From Erysipelotrichaceae bacterium (GTDB lineage: Bacteria; Bacillota_I; Bacilli_A; Erysipelotrichales; Coprobacillaceae): a stretch of 32,000 bases of DNA. The first letter of the stretch is position 1, and every line of letters begins with the position of its first letter. Positions 7,917 through 16,368 of this stretch are shown piece after piece. The notes under the pieces were generated by a model. The model saw only the letters and a program-made list of their open reading frames with translations, did not search any database and was not told where the DNA came from. Made by a program: the position numbers and the translations under genes. The stretch covers positions 49,741 through 81,740 of the forward strand of contig JAQVDW010000008.1 of the NCBI GenBank assembly GCA_028698185.1, written 5' to 3'.

Positions 7917-7966
7917 AGGTTTTTATGTTAAAATCTAACCTATAGGTTTTTTAAAGAGGTGAGACA

Positions 7967-9991
7967 ATGATAATTCAAGACCTTGACAAAAGATGCATCA
8001 AAATACTAGAAGTGTTGCTCAATCGCGACAGCAACGTGACATTGCAGGAGATAGCCCTGTTCAACAACGTCTCCCGCCGGACGATCTATTACGATCTTGA
8101 GCGAATCAATGATTTCTTGATTGAAAACAAGTGGGAGAAAATAATCGTCGAGCGGGGCAAAGGAATCTATCTCCATGCGAACACGCGTCAGGCTTTAAGC
8201 CAGGACATGCTTGAGGGATCTAAGAACCCGGCATTCAATCCAAGCGACAGGGTCCGTATAATCACTTGTACGATACTCAGACGGGATTCAATCATTCTAA
8301 TCGAGGATCTGATGGATATCTGCAAAGTCAGCCGGAATACGATCCAATCCGACCTCAAGTCGGCCCAGGAAAGCCTTGCCAACTACAATCTCGAATTGGA
8401 GTTCACCTTGAAAAAGGGATACTACATCAAGGGTAATGTGATTACGAAGCGGGCGGTTTTTTTCCTGTGCTTTGACCATATCCGCAAGCTTTATCTTTCC
8501 GGTGATATCGAACTAAGCCAGCAGGATGTCGTCGATGAATACCAGAAACGGCTCCATTCGGTCGAAAAGGAACTCAACTACCGTTTTGTTTATGGGGTGT
8601 GCTACTCCTTGTCGGTTTTTTTCGCCACTGTCAGCCATCGCAAGGATCCGCTGATATTCGACCAGGTTCTGGTGATGAAGATTGTCGAAACGCCAGAATA
8701 TGGGCTGATTGACAAATATTTCGAGGATTTCTCCTCGTTTGAGAAGGTCTACCTGACCCTGCATATTCTAGGAAGCCGCCTCCAAAGCCTCAACCTGGAT
8801 TTCAATGACCAGCTAAATGGCGACATCTACAATCTGGCCTGCGATCTGGTAGAGGAATTCGAACGGATTGCCAATGTGGATTTCCAAAAACAAAAGGAAC
8901 TTGAACAGGCCTTGTATTATCATCTTAAAAACAGTATCTACCGCTACCGTTATGGCATAATCATCGGCAATCCCTTGCTTGACGATGTCAAAAGGGAGTA
9001 TGGCTACCTTTTCGATGTGACCAAAAAAGCCACCCAGTTCATGCAAAAGGAACTTTCGCTGCCCATCCATGATGCGGAAATAGCCTATCTGACCCTTCAC
9101 TTCGGAGGTGCCTTGAACAGCCAACGCAAGCTTACCAAAAAGAAGAAGCGGATTCTGGTCATCTGCCCCAATGGCTTGTCGACAGCAAACATGCTAAAAG
9201 CCGAAATATCCTACCTGATCCAGGATGACGCAATAATCGAAATCACAAACAGCGACAACCTAACGGCCCATCAGAATTCCTATGATGTCGTAATTTCGAC
9301 CATCGCCCAGGTGGCCGAGAGATTCACGGATTTCATCCTGGTCAATCCGGTCCTGAGCGACCTTGACCGGATGGCCATCATGAAAAAAGTTTACGAGATT
9401 GACAATCCCCAAAGCGAACTAAATGATCTTGTCAATATAATCAAGCCGTATCTCAAGGATGATAGTCTAGGAGCGGTCCGTGATGAGCTGTACCGTTTTT
9501 TAAATTACCGCCAGCTCCACCGGTTCAACCTGGAGGAAGATTCCACCACAGCAAGCAGCTTTCTAGGCCAGCCGGATTTTGTCGCGATCGACAACCGGAA
9601 CATATCCTGGCAGCAAGCAATCGAGGATACGACTCGAATCTTGGAGAGGAAGAACCATGTGACCAACCTTTACGCCAAGAACATAGTCCGGCAGTTGTTA
9701 AAGTACGGGCCCTACATGTTCATCGCCAATGGGGTGTGCCTGGCCCACTCGAAAATATCCCATGGTTCATTGAAACTGGGCCTGTCTTTATGCGTCTATC
9801 CCCGGGGAGTCGAGTTTGAAAGGGTCAAGACCGCCTATCTGGTGTTCGTCATGAGCGCCCAGGACCAGACCAGCCATCTAAAAATGCTTTCGGATCTGAT
9901 TAAACTGTTTGCCCAGGAACAAAACATGGAACAGGTCAGGGATCTCAAAAGTGTCGCTGATATCAATGTTTTTTTCGAGAATGCAATCTGA
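7967..9991 (+). CDS. PRD-containing transcriptional regulator with PTS EIIB- and EIIA-like domains (MtlR/LicR-type, BglG family annotation)
   Basis: 674 aa. N-terminal HTH (VTLQEIALFNNVSRRTIYYDLERI), two PRD modules (..EIAYLTLHFGG), an EIIB-like Cys segment (RILVICPNGLSTANMLK) and a C-terminal EIIA(Mtl/Fru)-like domain (GVCLAHSKISHG). Confidence 0.85.
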   Translation: MIIQDLDKRCIKILEVLLNRDSNVTLQEIALFNNVSRRTIYYDLERINDFLIENKWEKIIVERGKGIYLHANTRQALSQDMLEGSKNPAFNPSDRVRIITCTILRRDSIILIEDLMDICKVSRNTIQSDLKSAQESLANYNLELEFTLKKGYYIKGNVITKRAVFFLCFDHIRKLYLSGDIELSQQDVVDEYQKRLHSVEKELNYRFVYGVCYSLSVFFATVSHRKDPLIFDQVLVMKIVETPEYGLIDKYFEDFSSFEKVYLTLHILGSRLQSLNLDFNDQLNGDIYNLACDLVEEFERIANVDFQKQKELEQALYYHLKNSIYRYRYGIIIGNPLLDDVKREYGYLFDVTKKATQFMQKELSLPIHDAEIAYLTLHFGGALNSQRKLTKKKKRILVICPNGLSTANMLKAEISYLIQDDAIIEITNSDNLTAHQNSYDVVISTIAQVAERFTDFILVNPVLSDLDRMAIMKKVYEIDNPQSELNDLVNIIKPYLKDDSLGAVRDELYRFLNYRQLHRFNLEEDSTTASSFLGQPDFVAIDNRNISWQQAIEDTTRILERKNHVTNLYAKNIVRQLLKYGPYMFIANGVCLAHSKISHGSLKLGLSLCVYPRGVEFERVKTAYLVFVMSAQDQTSHLKMLSDLIKLFAQEQNMEQVRDLKSVADINVFFENAI

Positions 9992-10003
9992 AAATCTTCT
10001 CGC

Positions 10004-10048
10004 GCCCAAGCTTTGCACAAACCATGTGCAATGATTTGGGCTTTTTTT
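10004..10048 (+). terminator. rho-independent terminator after the regulator gene
   Basis: GCCCAA...TTGGGC outer stem with inner TTGCACA/TGTGCAA stem, followed by T7. Confidence 0.7.
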
Positions 10049-10099
10049 GTAGCGCTTTCAAAGATATACTGAAAATGTAATCAAGAGGAGATCAATCAT

Positions 10100-10549
10100 A
10101 TGGAAAAACTTTTCAAGAAGAAAAACATTTATTTTGTCGAACGAGTCACCGACTGGGAGGAAGCGATCAGGACAGCGATCGAGCCTTTGGTCAGACAGGG
10201 ATATTGCGAATCCCGCTATATCGATGGGGTGTTTGAAAACACCAAGAAATACGGTCCCTATTACGTCTTGTGCGAAAATCTGGCCTTGATTCATGCGGCT
10301 ACAAACCAGGGGGCGCTCGAGACGCAGATGGCAGTGACCGTCCTCAAGGAACCGGTCAGATTCAAACCCGACGGATTTGATGTGCGGATATTGATCGGCC
10401 TGGTCGCAAGCGACGCCAAGAGCCATGTGGATATCATGAGGGCGATCGGGGAAATATTTTCCAACAGCGAGACGGTTGAAAAACTGCTGGCCACAACATC
10501 GCAAGATGTCGTCTATGACATCTTTGCCAATTCAAATGATGTAGCATAA
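10100..10549 (+). CDS. PTS EIIA component, ascorbate (UlaC/SgaA)-type
   Basis: 149 aa PTS_EIIA_2-like (..NLALIHAAT.., ILIGLVASDAKSHVD). GAGGAG RBS. First gene of the PTS operon. Confidence 0.8.
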   Translation: MEKLFKKKNIYFVERVTDWEEAIRTAIEPLVRQGYCESRYIDGVFENTKKYGPYYVLCENLALIHAATNQGALETQMAVTVLKEPVRFKPDGFDVRILIGLVASDAKSHVDIMRAIGEIFSNSETVEKLLATTSQDVVYDIFANSNDVA

Positions 10550-10577
10550 AGAAAAAAATTTAGGAGGAAAGAAAGTT

Positions 10578-11996
10578 ATGTTTATTATCGACATCATTGT
10601 CAACATCTTGTCAACACCTGCGATTCTGGTCGGTCTATTGGCCATGCTGGGTCTGGTCCTGCAAGGAAAGCCGACATCGGCGATCATCAAGGGAACAATC
10701 AAGACAATCGCTGGATTTGTAGTACTTGGGGCGGGGGCGTCTTACCTGCTTTCGGGTTCATTGAATGATTTTGGAACACTGTTCAATTTCGCATTCAAAA
10801 TGCAAGGGGTCGTTCCAAACAACGAAGCGATCGTATCTCAAGCGCTCACCCAATACGGTCAGGCTACTGCTTTGATCATGTGTTTCGGGATGGTCGCAAA
10901 TATCGTCCTGGCCCGGTTCTCAAGGATGAAATACATCTTCCTGACCGGTCACCACACTCTGTACATGGCCTGCATGATCGCGGTCATCCTGTCGGTTGGA
11001 GGGTTGTCAGGAATTCCATTAATCATCGGCGGTTCGGCATTGTTGGGTCTGGTTATGGTCATTTCGCCAGCGTTGCTCCAGCCTTCAATGGAAAAGATCA
11101 CCGGTTCAAAAGATCTTGCCTTCGGACATTTCGGGGGATTCGGGTATTTTGTATCCGCTCAAGTGGGAAAACTTTTCAAAGGTTCAAAATCGTCTGAGGA
11201 TATCAACTTCCCTAAGGGGTTGTCATTCCTGCGTGACACTACAGTATCGATTTCCATCACAATGATTGTCTTTTTCATGATCGTAACAGGAGTTGCGGTA
11301 ATGAACGGTGGCTTGAGCGATCCGACCATCTCGGCTCTGTTCGCAGGTGGTGACACGAAAACCCACTGGCTTGTATGGGCTCTTATGCATGGTATCAATT
11401 TCGCCGCTGGGGTCTACATCATCCTTTCAGGTGTTCGTCTTATCATCGGTGAAATCGTTCCGGCCTTCAAAGGAATCGCCGAAAAACTGGTTCCTAATTC
11501 AAAACCTGCCTTGGACTGTCCGGTTGTCTTCCCTTACGCTCCAAATGCGGTATTGATTGGATTCTTGGTATCGTTTGCCGGTGGTATCGTTGGTCTTCTA
11601 GTGCTGGGAATGATCAACACCAACCTGATTCCGGTTGCCTTGATTTTGCCTGGGGTCATCCCTCATTTCTTCTGTGGGGCTTCGGCCGGTGTATTTGGCA
11701 ACGCCCAAGGCGGTCTTAAAGGATGTATTGCCGGTTCGTTCGCTCATGGTCTTTTGATCACTTTCCTTCCGGCAATCTGTATGCCGGTCATGGGAGCGCT
11801 CCAATTCGCGAATACGACATTCTCGGATGCCGACTTCTCGGTAGTGGGAATCCTGATCGGGAATGTGGCCCAATATGTCCAAGGCTATGGCTTGCTGGCA
11901 ATATGTCTGGTCTTATTCGCCTTGCCGATTGTCTATAATCTGGTGGCCCCAAAAAAGGTAAACAAGGAAGCTGACGAAAAAGCTTATTCAAAATAA
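10578..11996 (+). CDS. PTS EIIC permease, ascorbate family (UlaA/SgaT-like)
   Basis: 472 aa polytopic membrane protein with an SgaT-like N-terminus (IVNILSTPAILVGLLAMLGLVLQ). AGGAGG RBS. Flanked by matching IIA and IIB genes. Confidence 0.85.
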   Translation: MFIIDIIVNILSTPAILVGLLAMLGLVLQGKPTSAIIKGTIKTIAGFVVLGAGASYLLSGSLNDFGTLFNFAFKMQGVVPNNEAIVSQALTQYGQATALIMCFGMVANIVLARFSRMKYIFLTGHHTLYMACMIAVILSVGGLSGIPLIIGGSALLGLVMVISPALLQPSMEKITGSKDLAFGHFGGFGYFVSAQVGKLFKGSKSSEDINFPKGLSFLRDTTVSISITMIVFFMIVTGVAVMNGGLSDPTISALFAGGDTKTHWLVWALMHGINFAAGVYIILSGVRLIIGEIVPAFKGIAEKLVPNSKPALDCPVVFPYAPNAVLIGFLVSFAGGIVGLLVLGMINTNLIPVALILPGVIPHFFCGASAGVFGNAQGGLKGCIAGSFAHGLLITFLPAICMPVMGALQFANTTFSDADFSVVGILIGNVAQYVQGYGLLAICLVLFALPIVYNLVAPKKVNKEADEKAYSK

Positions 11997-12002
11997 TTGC
12001 AT

Positions 12003-12040
12003 GGAAACCAAGATGCAAATTCTTGGTTTTCCGATTTTTA
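12003..12040 (+). promoter_or_regulatory. intercistronic hairpin between EIIC and EIIB
   Basis: GGAAACCAAG-atgcaaatt-CTTGGTTTTCC followed by GATTTTTA. It could be a partial terminator or a processing/stability element. Confidence 0.35.
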
Positions 12041-12059
12041 TATCGAAGGAGAAAATATC

Positions 12060-12338
12060 ATGGAAATCAAAAAAATAATGTGCTGCTGCGGTTCCGGCCT
12101 TGGATCAAGCATGCTTGTAAGAATGAATGTGGAAAAGGTCCTGAAAAATCATGGGATGAACGATATCGAGGTTATGCACTCATCAGTTTCCGATGCGGTT
12201 GAAAATGCGGCCGATCTGTTCGTGGTTGGAGGCGACCTGGAGGAGTTTGTCGATTCCCTGCCAAACAAGATAATTCTCGACAATATCATGGATATGGGTG
12301 AACTTGAAGAAAAATTGGGCACCAAGCTGGGTTTTTAA
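12060..12338 (+). CDS. PTS EIIB component, ascorbate (UlaB/SgaB)-type
   Basis: Start moved to the ATG at 12060 (GAAGGAG RBS). 92 aa beginning MEIKKIMCCCGSGLGSSML, with the phospho-Cys loop typical of SgaB. Confidence 0.8.
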   Translation: MEIKKIMCCCGSGLGSSMLVRMNVEKVLKNHGMNDIEVMHSSVSDAVENAADLFVVGGDLEEFVDSLPNKIILDNIMDMGELEEKLGTKLGF

Positions 12339-12339
12339 G

Positions 12340-13200
12340 ATGAGGGATACAAAAATCGCCGGCCTTGAAAAAATGGCGGCCGGAGTCCGTTACGACATTT
12401 TGAACATGCTGCTAAAGTGCGGAGCGGGACATCTTGGTGGTTCGTTTTCAATTGTCGAATTGCTTTGTGTTTTGTACGGATCGCAGATGAATCACGATCC
12501 GGCCAACCCCGACTGGAGCGGGCGCGACTATCTAGTCCTGTCCAAAGGCCATGCCGGACCGGCGCTTTATGCGACCCTGGCCCATCAGGGGTATTTCGCC
12601 CATGATCAGCTGGACACTTTGAACTGCGGGGGGACCGACTTCCCATCCCATCCCGATCGCCTTAAGACAATCGGTGTTGATGTAACCACCGGCTCACTAG
12701 GACAAGGCACAAGCCAGGCAGCCGGGGTAGCCTACGGGTTAAAGTTGGCAAAAAGAGACAATCATGTCTATCTGATTGTCGGCGACGGTGAGCTTAATGA
12801 GGGCCAATGTTGGGAAGCGTTCCAGTTCATCGCCCATTACCGTCTCGATAATCTTGTCGTCATCATCGACGACAACAAGAAGCAGCTCGATGGATATACC
12901 CAGGATGTCATGAATCCCTTCGACATCGCCAAGAAGATGGAGGCCTTTGGTTTCTACACCATGAAAGTCAAAGGTGATGACCTCGAGGCCATCGACCTCG
13001 CTGTAAGCTACTTGAGACGGGTCGGATCAACCGCAAAATGTATTGTCCTCGACACAGTCAAGGGTCAGGGCATTGGATATTTTGAGGAGCTGATGGACAA
13101 CCATTCAGTCAAGTTCGACAGTCAGGAAAATCAAAAGGCGGCCAAGGCGGCTTTGGATGAACTTGAAAAATTGATGAACCGGGAGGCGGAAAATGTTTGA
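12340..13200 (+). CDS. transketolase, N-terminal (TPP-binding) subunit
   Basis: Start at 12340, immediately after the EIIB stop. GHLGGSFS, SKGHAGPALYA and GDGELNEGQCWEA motifs of the transketolase PP domain. Confidence 0.9.
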   Translation: MRDTKIAGLEKMAAGVRYDILNMLLKCGAGHLGGSFSIVELLCVLYGSQMNHDPANPDWSGRDYLVLSKGHAGPALYATLAHQGYFAHDQLDTLNCGGTDFPSHPDRLKTIGVDVTTGSLGQGTSQAAGVAYGLKLAKRDNHVYLIVGDGELNEGQCWEAFQFIAHYRLDNLVVIIDDNKKQLDGYTQDVMNPFDIAKKMEAFGFYTMKVKGDDLEAIDLAVSYLRRVGSTAKCIVLDTVKGQGIGYFEELMDNHSVKFDSQENQKAAKAALDELEKLMNREAENV

Positions 13201-14158
13201 ACTAACAGAAAACAGGAATACCAAAGGCCGGGAACTTCGGACCAGCGTGGTCGAATCGATTCTGGAACTGATCAAAGAAAATGACAAGGTCGTGGCTTTG
13301 GAGGCCGATCTTGGTGGCGCGAGCTACTTCAATAAAATAAATAAAGCAGCGCCGCACAATTTCATCCAGATGGGTATCCAGGAGGCCAATATGGTCGGTG
13401 TCGCTGCAGGCATATCGATTGTCGGCTATGTTCCTTTTGTCCACACGTTTGCACCATTTGCGACCAGGCGGGTGCTTGACCAGATTTTCATGTCAGGAAG
13501 CTACTCGAAAAACACCATCAACATCTACGGATCCGATCCGGGCTATTGTGTGGGCACCAACGGGGGAACCCATACCTCATTCGAGGATGTGGCTTTGCTC
13601 CGGGCAATTCCCGAAATCGTGATCTGCGACGGGGCTGATGACACCCAGGTGGCCTGGATTGTCAAGGAATTCGCCAAGATGGAAGGGGTCCATTACTTGC
13701 GGGCCAACCGTAAAGCGGTCCGGGACATATATAAAGCCGGATCATCATTCCAAATCGGGAAGGGCAATCTCATTTTTGAAGGCAAGGACGTGTTGATTAT
13801 TTCCGCCGGCGAACTGGTAAGCGATGCTCTCGATGCCCGGGATATCCTGGAAGCTCAAGGTTACTCGGTCGGGGTGATTGACATGTTCACCATCAAGCCA
13901 TTGGACGAAAAACTGATAATTGAACAGGCAGCAAAAGCCAAGATAGTGGTGACGTTCGAAAACCATTCGGTGATCGGGGGGCTGGGCAGTGCAGTCGGTG
14001 AAGTGATTGTTGAAAACAGGCTCAATCCTATTTTTAAGAGAATTGGGGTTGAAGATAAATTTGGCCAAGTGGGAAGTCCGGATTTCTTGAAGGAGAAATA
14101 TGGTCTTACCAGCAAGCGGCTGGTCAAAGAAATCAAGACATTGTCAGGAAAAATGTAG
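13193..14158 (+). CDS. transketolase, C-terminal (pyrimidine-binding) subunit
   Basis: 8-nt overlap with the N-subunit gene. FIQMGIQEANMVGVAAG and GGTHTSFEDVALLRAIP motifs. Confidence 0.9.
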   Translation: MFELTENRNTKGRELRTSVVESILELIKENDKVVALEADLGGASYFNKINKAAPHNFIQMGIQEANMVGVAAGISIVGYVPFVHTFAPFATRRVLDQIFMSGSYSKNTINIYGSDPGYCVGTNGGTHTSFEDVALLRAIPEIVICDGADDTQVAWIVKEFAKMEGVHYLRANRKAVRDIYKAGSSFQIGKGNLIFEGKDVLIISAGELVSDALDARDILEAQGYSVGVIDMFTIKPLDEKLIIEQAAKAKIVVTFENHSVIGGLGSAVGEVIVENRLNPIFKRIGVEDKFGQVGSPDFLKEKYGLTSKRLVKEIKTLSGKM

Positions 14159-14184
14159 AATGAAAATAGAAGGAGTTAATGTAT

Positions 14185-14850
14185 ATGAAATTTTTTATTG
14201 ATACAGCCGATGTGAACCAGATAAAAGAGGCCTATGAGATGGGTGTGATCTGCGGGGTGACCACAAATCCCTCGCTGATTGCCAAGGAGGGCCGCGACTT
14301 CAATGAGGTCATCAAGGAAATTACCGGCATCGTTGACGGTCCTATTTCCGGAGAGGTGAAGGCGACGACCGTGGATGCGCCGACCATGATTGAAGAAGGC
14401 AAAGAAATAGCCAAGATCCATCCCAACATGGTGGTGAAGATTCCGATGACCATAGAGGGTCTAAAAGCCTGCAAGACATTGAGTCAGGAAGGAATCAAAG
14501 TCAACATGACCCTGATTTTTACCGCCAACCAGGCCCTGCTTGCAGCCCGGGCTGGAGCGAGCTACGTCTCGCCATTTCTTGGCCGGCTCGATGACATCTC
14601 CACTGACGGCCTGAAACTTATCGATGACATCGTTACGATTTTTGGTGTCCACGATTTGAAAGCAGAAATAATTGCCGCCTCCGTGCGCCACCCGATCCAT
14701 GTCCTGGACTGCGCCAAGGCCGGAGCTCATATCGCCACTGTCCCATTTGGGGTGATCGCGAAGATGGTCGAGCATCCGCTGACAACAGCCGGAATCGCCA
14801 AGTTTGAGCAGGATTATCTGAGTGCAATGGGTCAGAATAGTTTGGGATAA
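14185..14850 (+). CDS. tal: short (class 3B) transaldolase / fructose-6-phosphate aldolase family protein
   Basis: [36 protein letters not shown]..., with Schiff-base Lys in NMVVKIPMT. Closely resembles the Bacillus-type ~212-aa Tal. The ATG at 14185 has better spacing to GGAG than the one at 14179. Confidence 0.85.
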   Translation: MKFFIDTADVNQIKEAYEMGVICGVTTNPSLIAKEGRDFNEVIKEITGIVDGPISGEVKATTVDAPTMIEEGKEIAKIHPNMVVKIPMTIEGLKACKTLSQEGIKVNMTLIFTANQALLAARAGASYVSPFLGRLDDISTDGLKLIDDIVTIFGVHDLKAEIIAASVRHPIHVLDCAKAGAHIATVPFGVIAKMVEHPLTTAGIAKFEQDYLSAMGQNSLG

Positions 14851-14872
14851 GATAAAAAGAAAGGATAGGAGG

Positions 14873-15571
14873 ATGTTTAAACAGGTGTTTAAACCAAAAA
14901 CGGCAATGACAAATGAAGAAATTCTATCAAGGGTCGACCATACGTTGTTGACACCTACAGCCACTTTCGAACAGATTGACCGGATTGCCCGGGACGCAAT
15001 CGAATATCACACAGCTTCGATCTGCATACCCCAGACTTATGTCAGAAGGATTCATGACATTTATCAAGATCAGGTGAATATCTGCACAGTCGTGGGATTT
15101 CCGCTCGGTTACAATTCGACGGCATCGAAGATCAAAGAGGTGGAAGTGGCAATAAGCGATGGTGCAAATGAAATAGATATGGTCATCAATATCTGCGATG
15201 TCAAAAATAGGGACTTCGCCAAAGTCGAGGAAGAAATCCGACAGATCAAGCAGGCTTGCGGATCAAAAATCCTTAAGGTCATTGTTGAAACCTGCTATCT
15301 TGATGAGCAGGAAAAAATTGAACTGTGCAAAGTTGTGACTGCTGCCAAGGCCGACTATATCAAGACATCGACCGGGTTTGGAACCGGCGGCGCGACTTTC
15401 AGGGATATCGAGCTTTTCAAAAGACACATCGGTCCCGATGTGAAAATCAAAGCGGCAGGAGGAATAAGCAGCTATGACGATCTCAAGGAGTTTGTCCGCT
15501 TGGGTTGCGACCGTCTTGGAACTTCACGGGCGATCAACATTATAAAAGGGATTGAAAGTGAAGGATATTGA
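14873..15571 (+). CDS. deoC: deoxyribose-phosphate aldolase
   Basis: RVDHTLLTPTAT, EIDMVINI, and active-site Lys context DYIKTSTGF. The start at 14873 is uncertain (14906 is the alternative). Confidence 0.8.
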   Translation: MFKQVFKPKTAMTNEEILSRVDHTLLTPTATFEQIDRIARDAIEYHTASICIPQTYVRRIHDIYQDQVNICTVVGFPLGYNSTASKIKEVEVAISDGANEIDMVINICDVKNRDFAKVEEEIRQIKQACGSKILKVIVETCYLDEQEKIELCKVVTAAKADYIKTSTGFGTGGATFRDIELFKRHIGPDVKIKAAGGISSYDDLKEFVRLGCDRLGTSRAINIIKGIESEGY

Positions 15572-15686
15572 TCAACGTTGGTGTCTAGTTCATCAATTGT
15601 TGCTATAATCAATTTATAAGCTAAGACTTATAACTCTCCCTTATAGTAAATTTATCCATATAATTGTTGACTGATAAGTCAGTCAA

Positions 15687-15717
15687 AGATCGAACATCCG
15701 TTTCGGTCTTTTTTTGT
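15687..15717 (+). terminator. rho-independent terminator closing the PTS-tkt-tal-deoC operon
   Basis: 8-bp stem AGAUCGAA/UUCGGUCU (one G-U pair), 7-nt loop, then T7. It lies about 115 nt after the deoC stop. Confidence 0.7.
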
Positions 15718-15738
15718 TTTGACAGTTTCCAAAAAAAA

Positions 15739-15769
15739 TTGATGAAAATCGGATAATATGGGTTATAAT
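15739..15769 (+). promoter_or_regulatory. candidate sigma-A promoter for the coaBC-proximal transcript
   Basis: TTGATG - 19 nt - TATAAT. The spacer is long, so the call is only tentative. Confidence 0.3.
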
Positions 15770-15795
15770 GTAAAAAACAGTCAAAGGGGCATTTG

Positions 15796-16368
15796 ATGAC
15801 AGCCGACATCCTGGTCTTGATCACTTTTGGAAGCGTCTTTATTTTGGGAATATCCATCCCGGACCGTTATTTGATTTGATAAGCGAATAATCCATGACAG
15901 TCACTTGGTGGTGGCGGTCCAGGACAATCTCGCTTATCAAATCAACTATCGCAAGCTAAAACTCAAGATTGCCGCCCAGGTCTTCTTTATCGTATTGGCG
16001 ACGATTGCCATTATTGTGTCGAGCCGGTTTATGATAAGAATAGCCCTGGCCGTCTTGATTGTACTTGTGGTTGCGGGTGTCAGGTTCACCTTGGCTTCCT
16101 TCAATAAGGAAGTCAGGATAGAAGATAGTCCTCTCCGGCCCTGCCGGAATGTAAAGCTTCTTGAGTCTTGTGATCTAAGAATGCTCAGTCTGGTGGCATC
16201 AATAGCGTGGTGGCGGTACGTTATCTTGCCTATTATTATTTGCAGTTCGATGGCACCAACCGGCTTTATCTCAAACGAAATTTTGAAAATTGGCACCATC
16301 TGGTCGCCTTGGCCCTGGCGGTTTTTGCGGACAGATTCAAACTGGAAAACAAAGGAGTTCAACAATGA
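15796..16368 (+). pseudogene. frame-disrupted membrane-protein gene (fragments in frames 1, 2, 1) ending in ATGA overlap with coaBC
   Basis: Three fragments: a 27-codon hydrophobic ORF (15796-15879, frame 1); a frame-2 segment open from 15875 with two TM-like helices (AAQVFFIVLATIAIIVSS, IALAVLIVLVVAGV); and a frame-1 segment open from 16174 (..YLQFDGTNRLYLKRNFENWHHLVALALAVFADRFKLENKGVQQ) whose TGA overlaps the coaBC ATG. The frame-2 ORF otherwise reads 190 nt into coaBC. Confidence 0.4.

Noticed and set aside
10048-10060. Second cre box upstream of the PTS EIIA gene
   Set aside because: TGTAGCGCTTTCA is one base short of the 14-nt consensus spacing, so the two half-sites cannot both align. 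It is mentioned only as a weak candidate.
14461-14964. Long antisense ORFs (for example this 167-aa one, plus 1652-2149, 10058-10504, 17073-17555, 27300-27920)
   Set aside because: All lie opposite well-supported genes with recognisable family motifs, have no RBS, and show the amino-acid skew of shadow frames.
15621-15857. 78-aa minus-strand ORF in the deoC-coaBC spacer
   Set aside because: It runs antisense through a plus-strand terminator, two hairpins and promoter-like elements. It has no convincing RBS and its sequence is low-complexity (Lys/Phe/Tyr/Ile-rich) and AT-driven. It is more likely non-coding.
15796-15879. 27-aa hydrophobic peptide as a type I toxin with antisense RNA
   Set aside because: No convergent promoter/terminator pair for an antitoxin RNA is visible. 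The ORF is more simply explained as the first fragment of the disrupted membrane gene. It is kept as an alternative in the findings.
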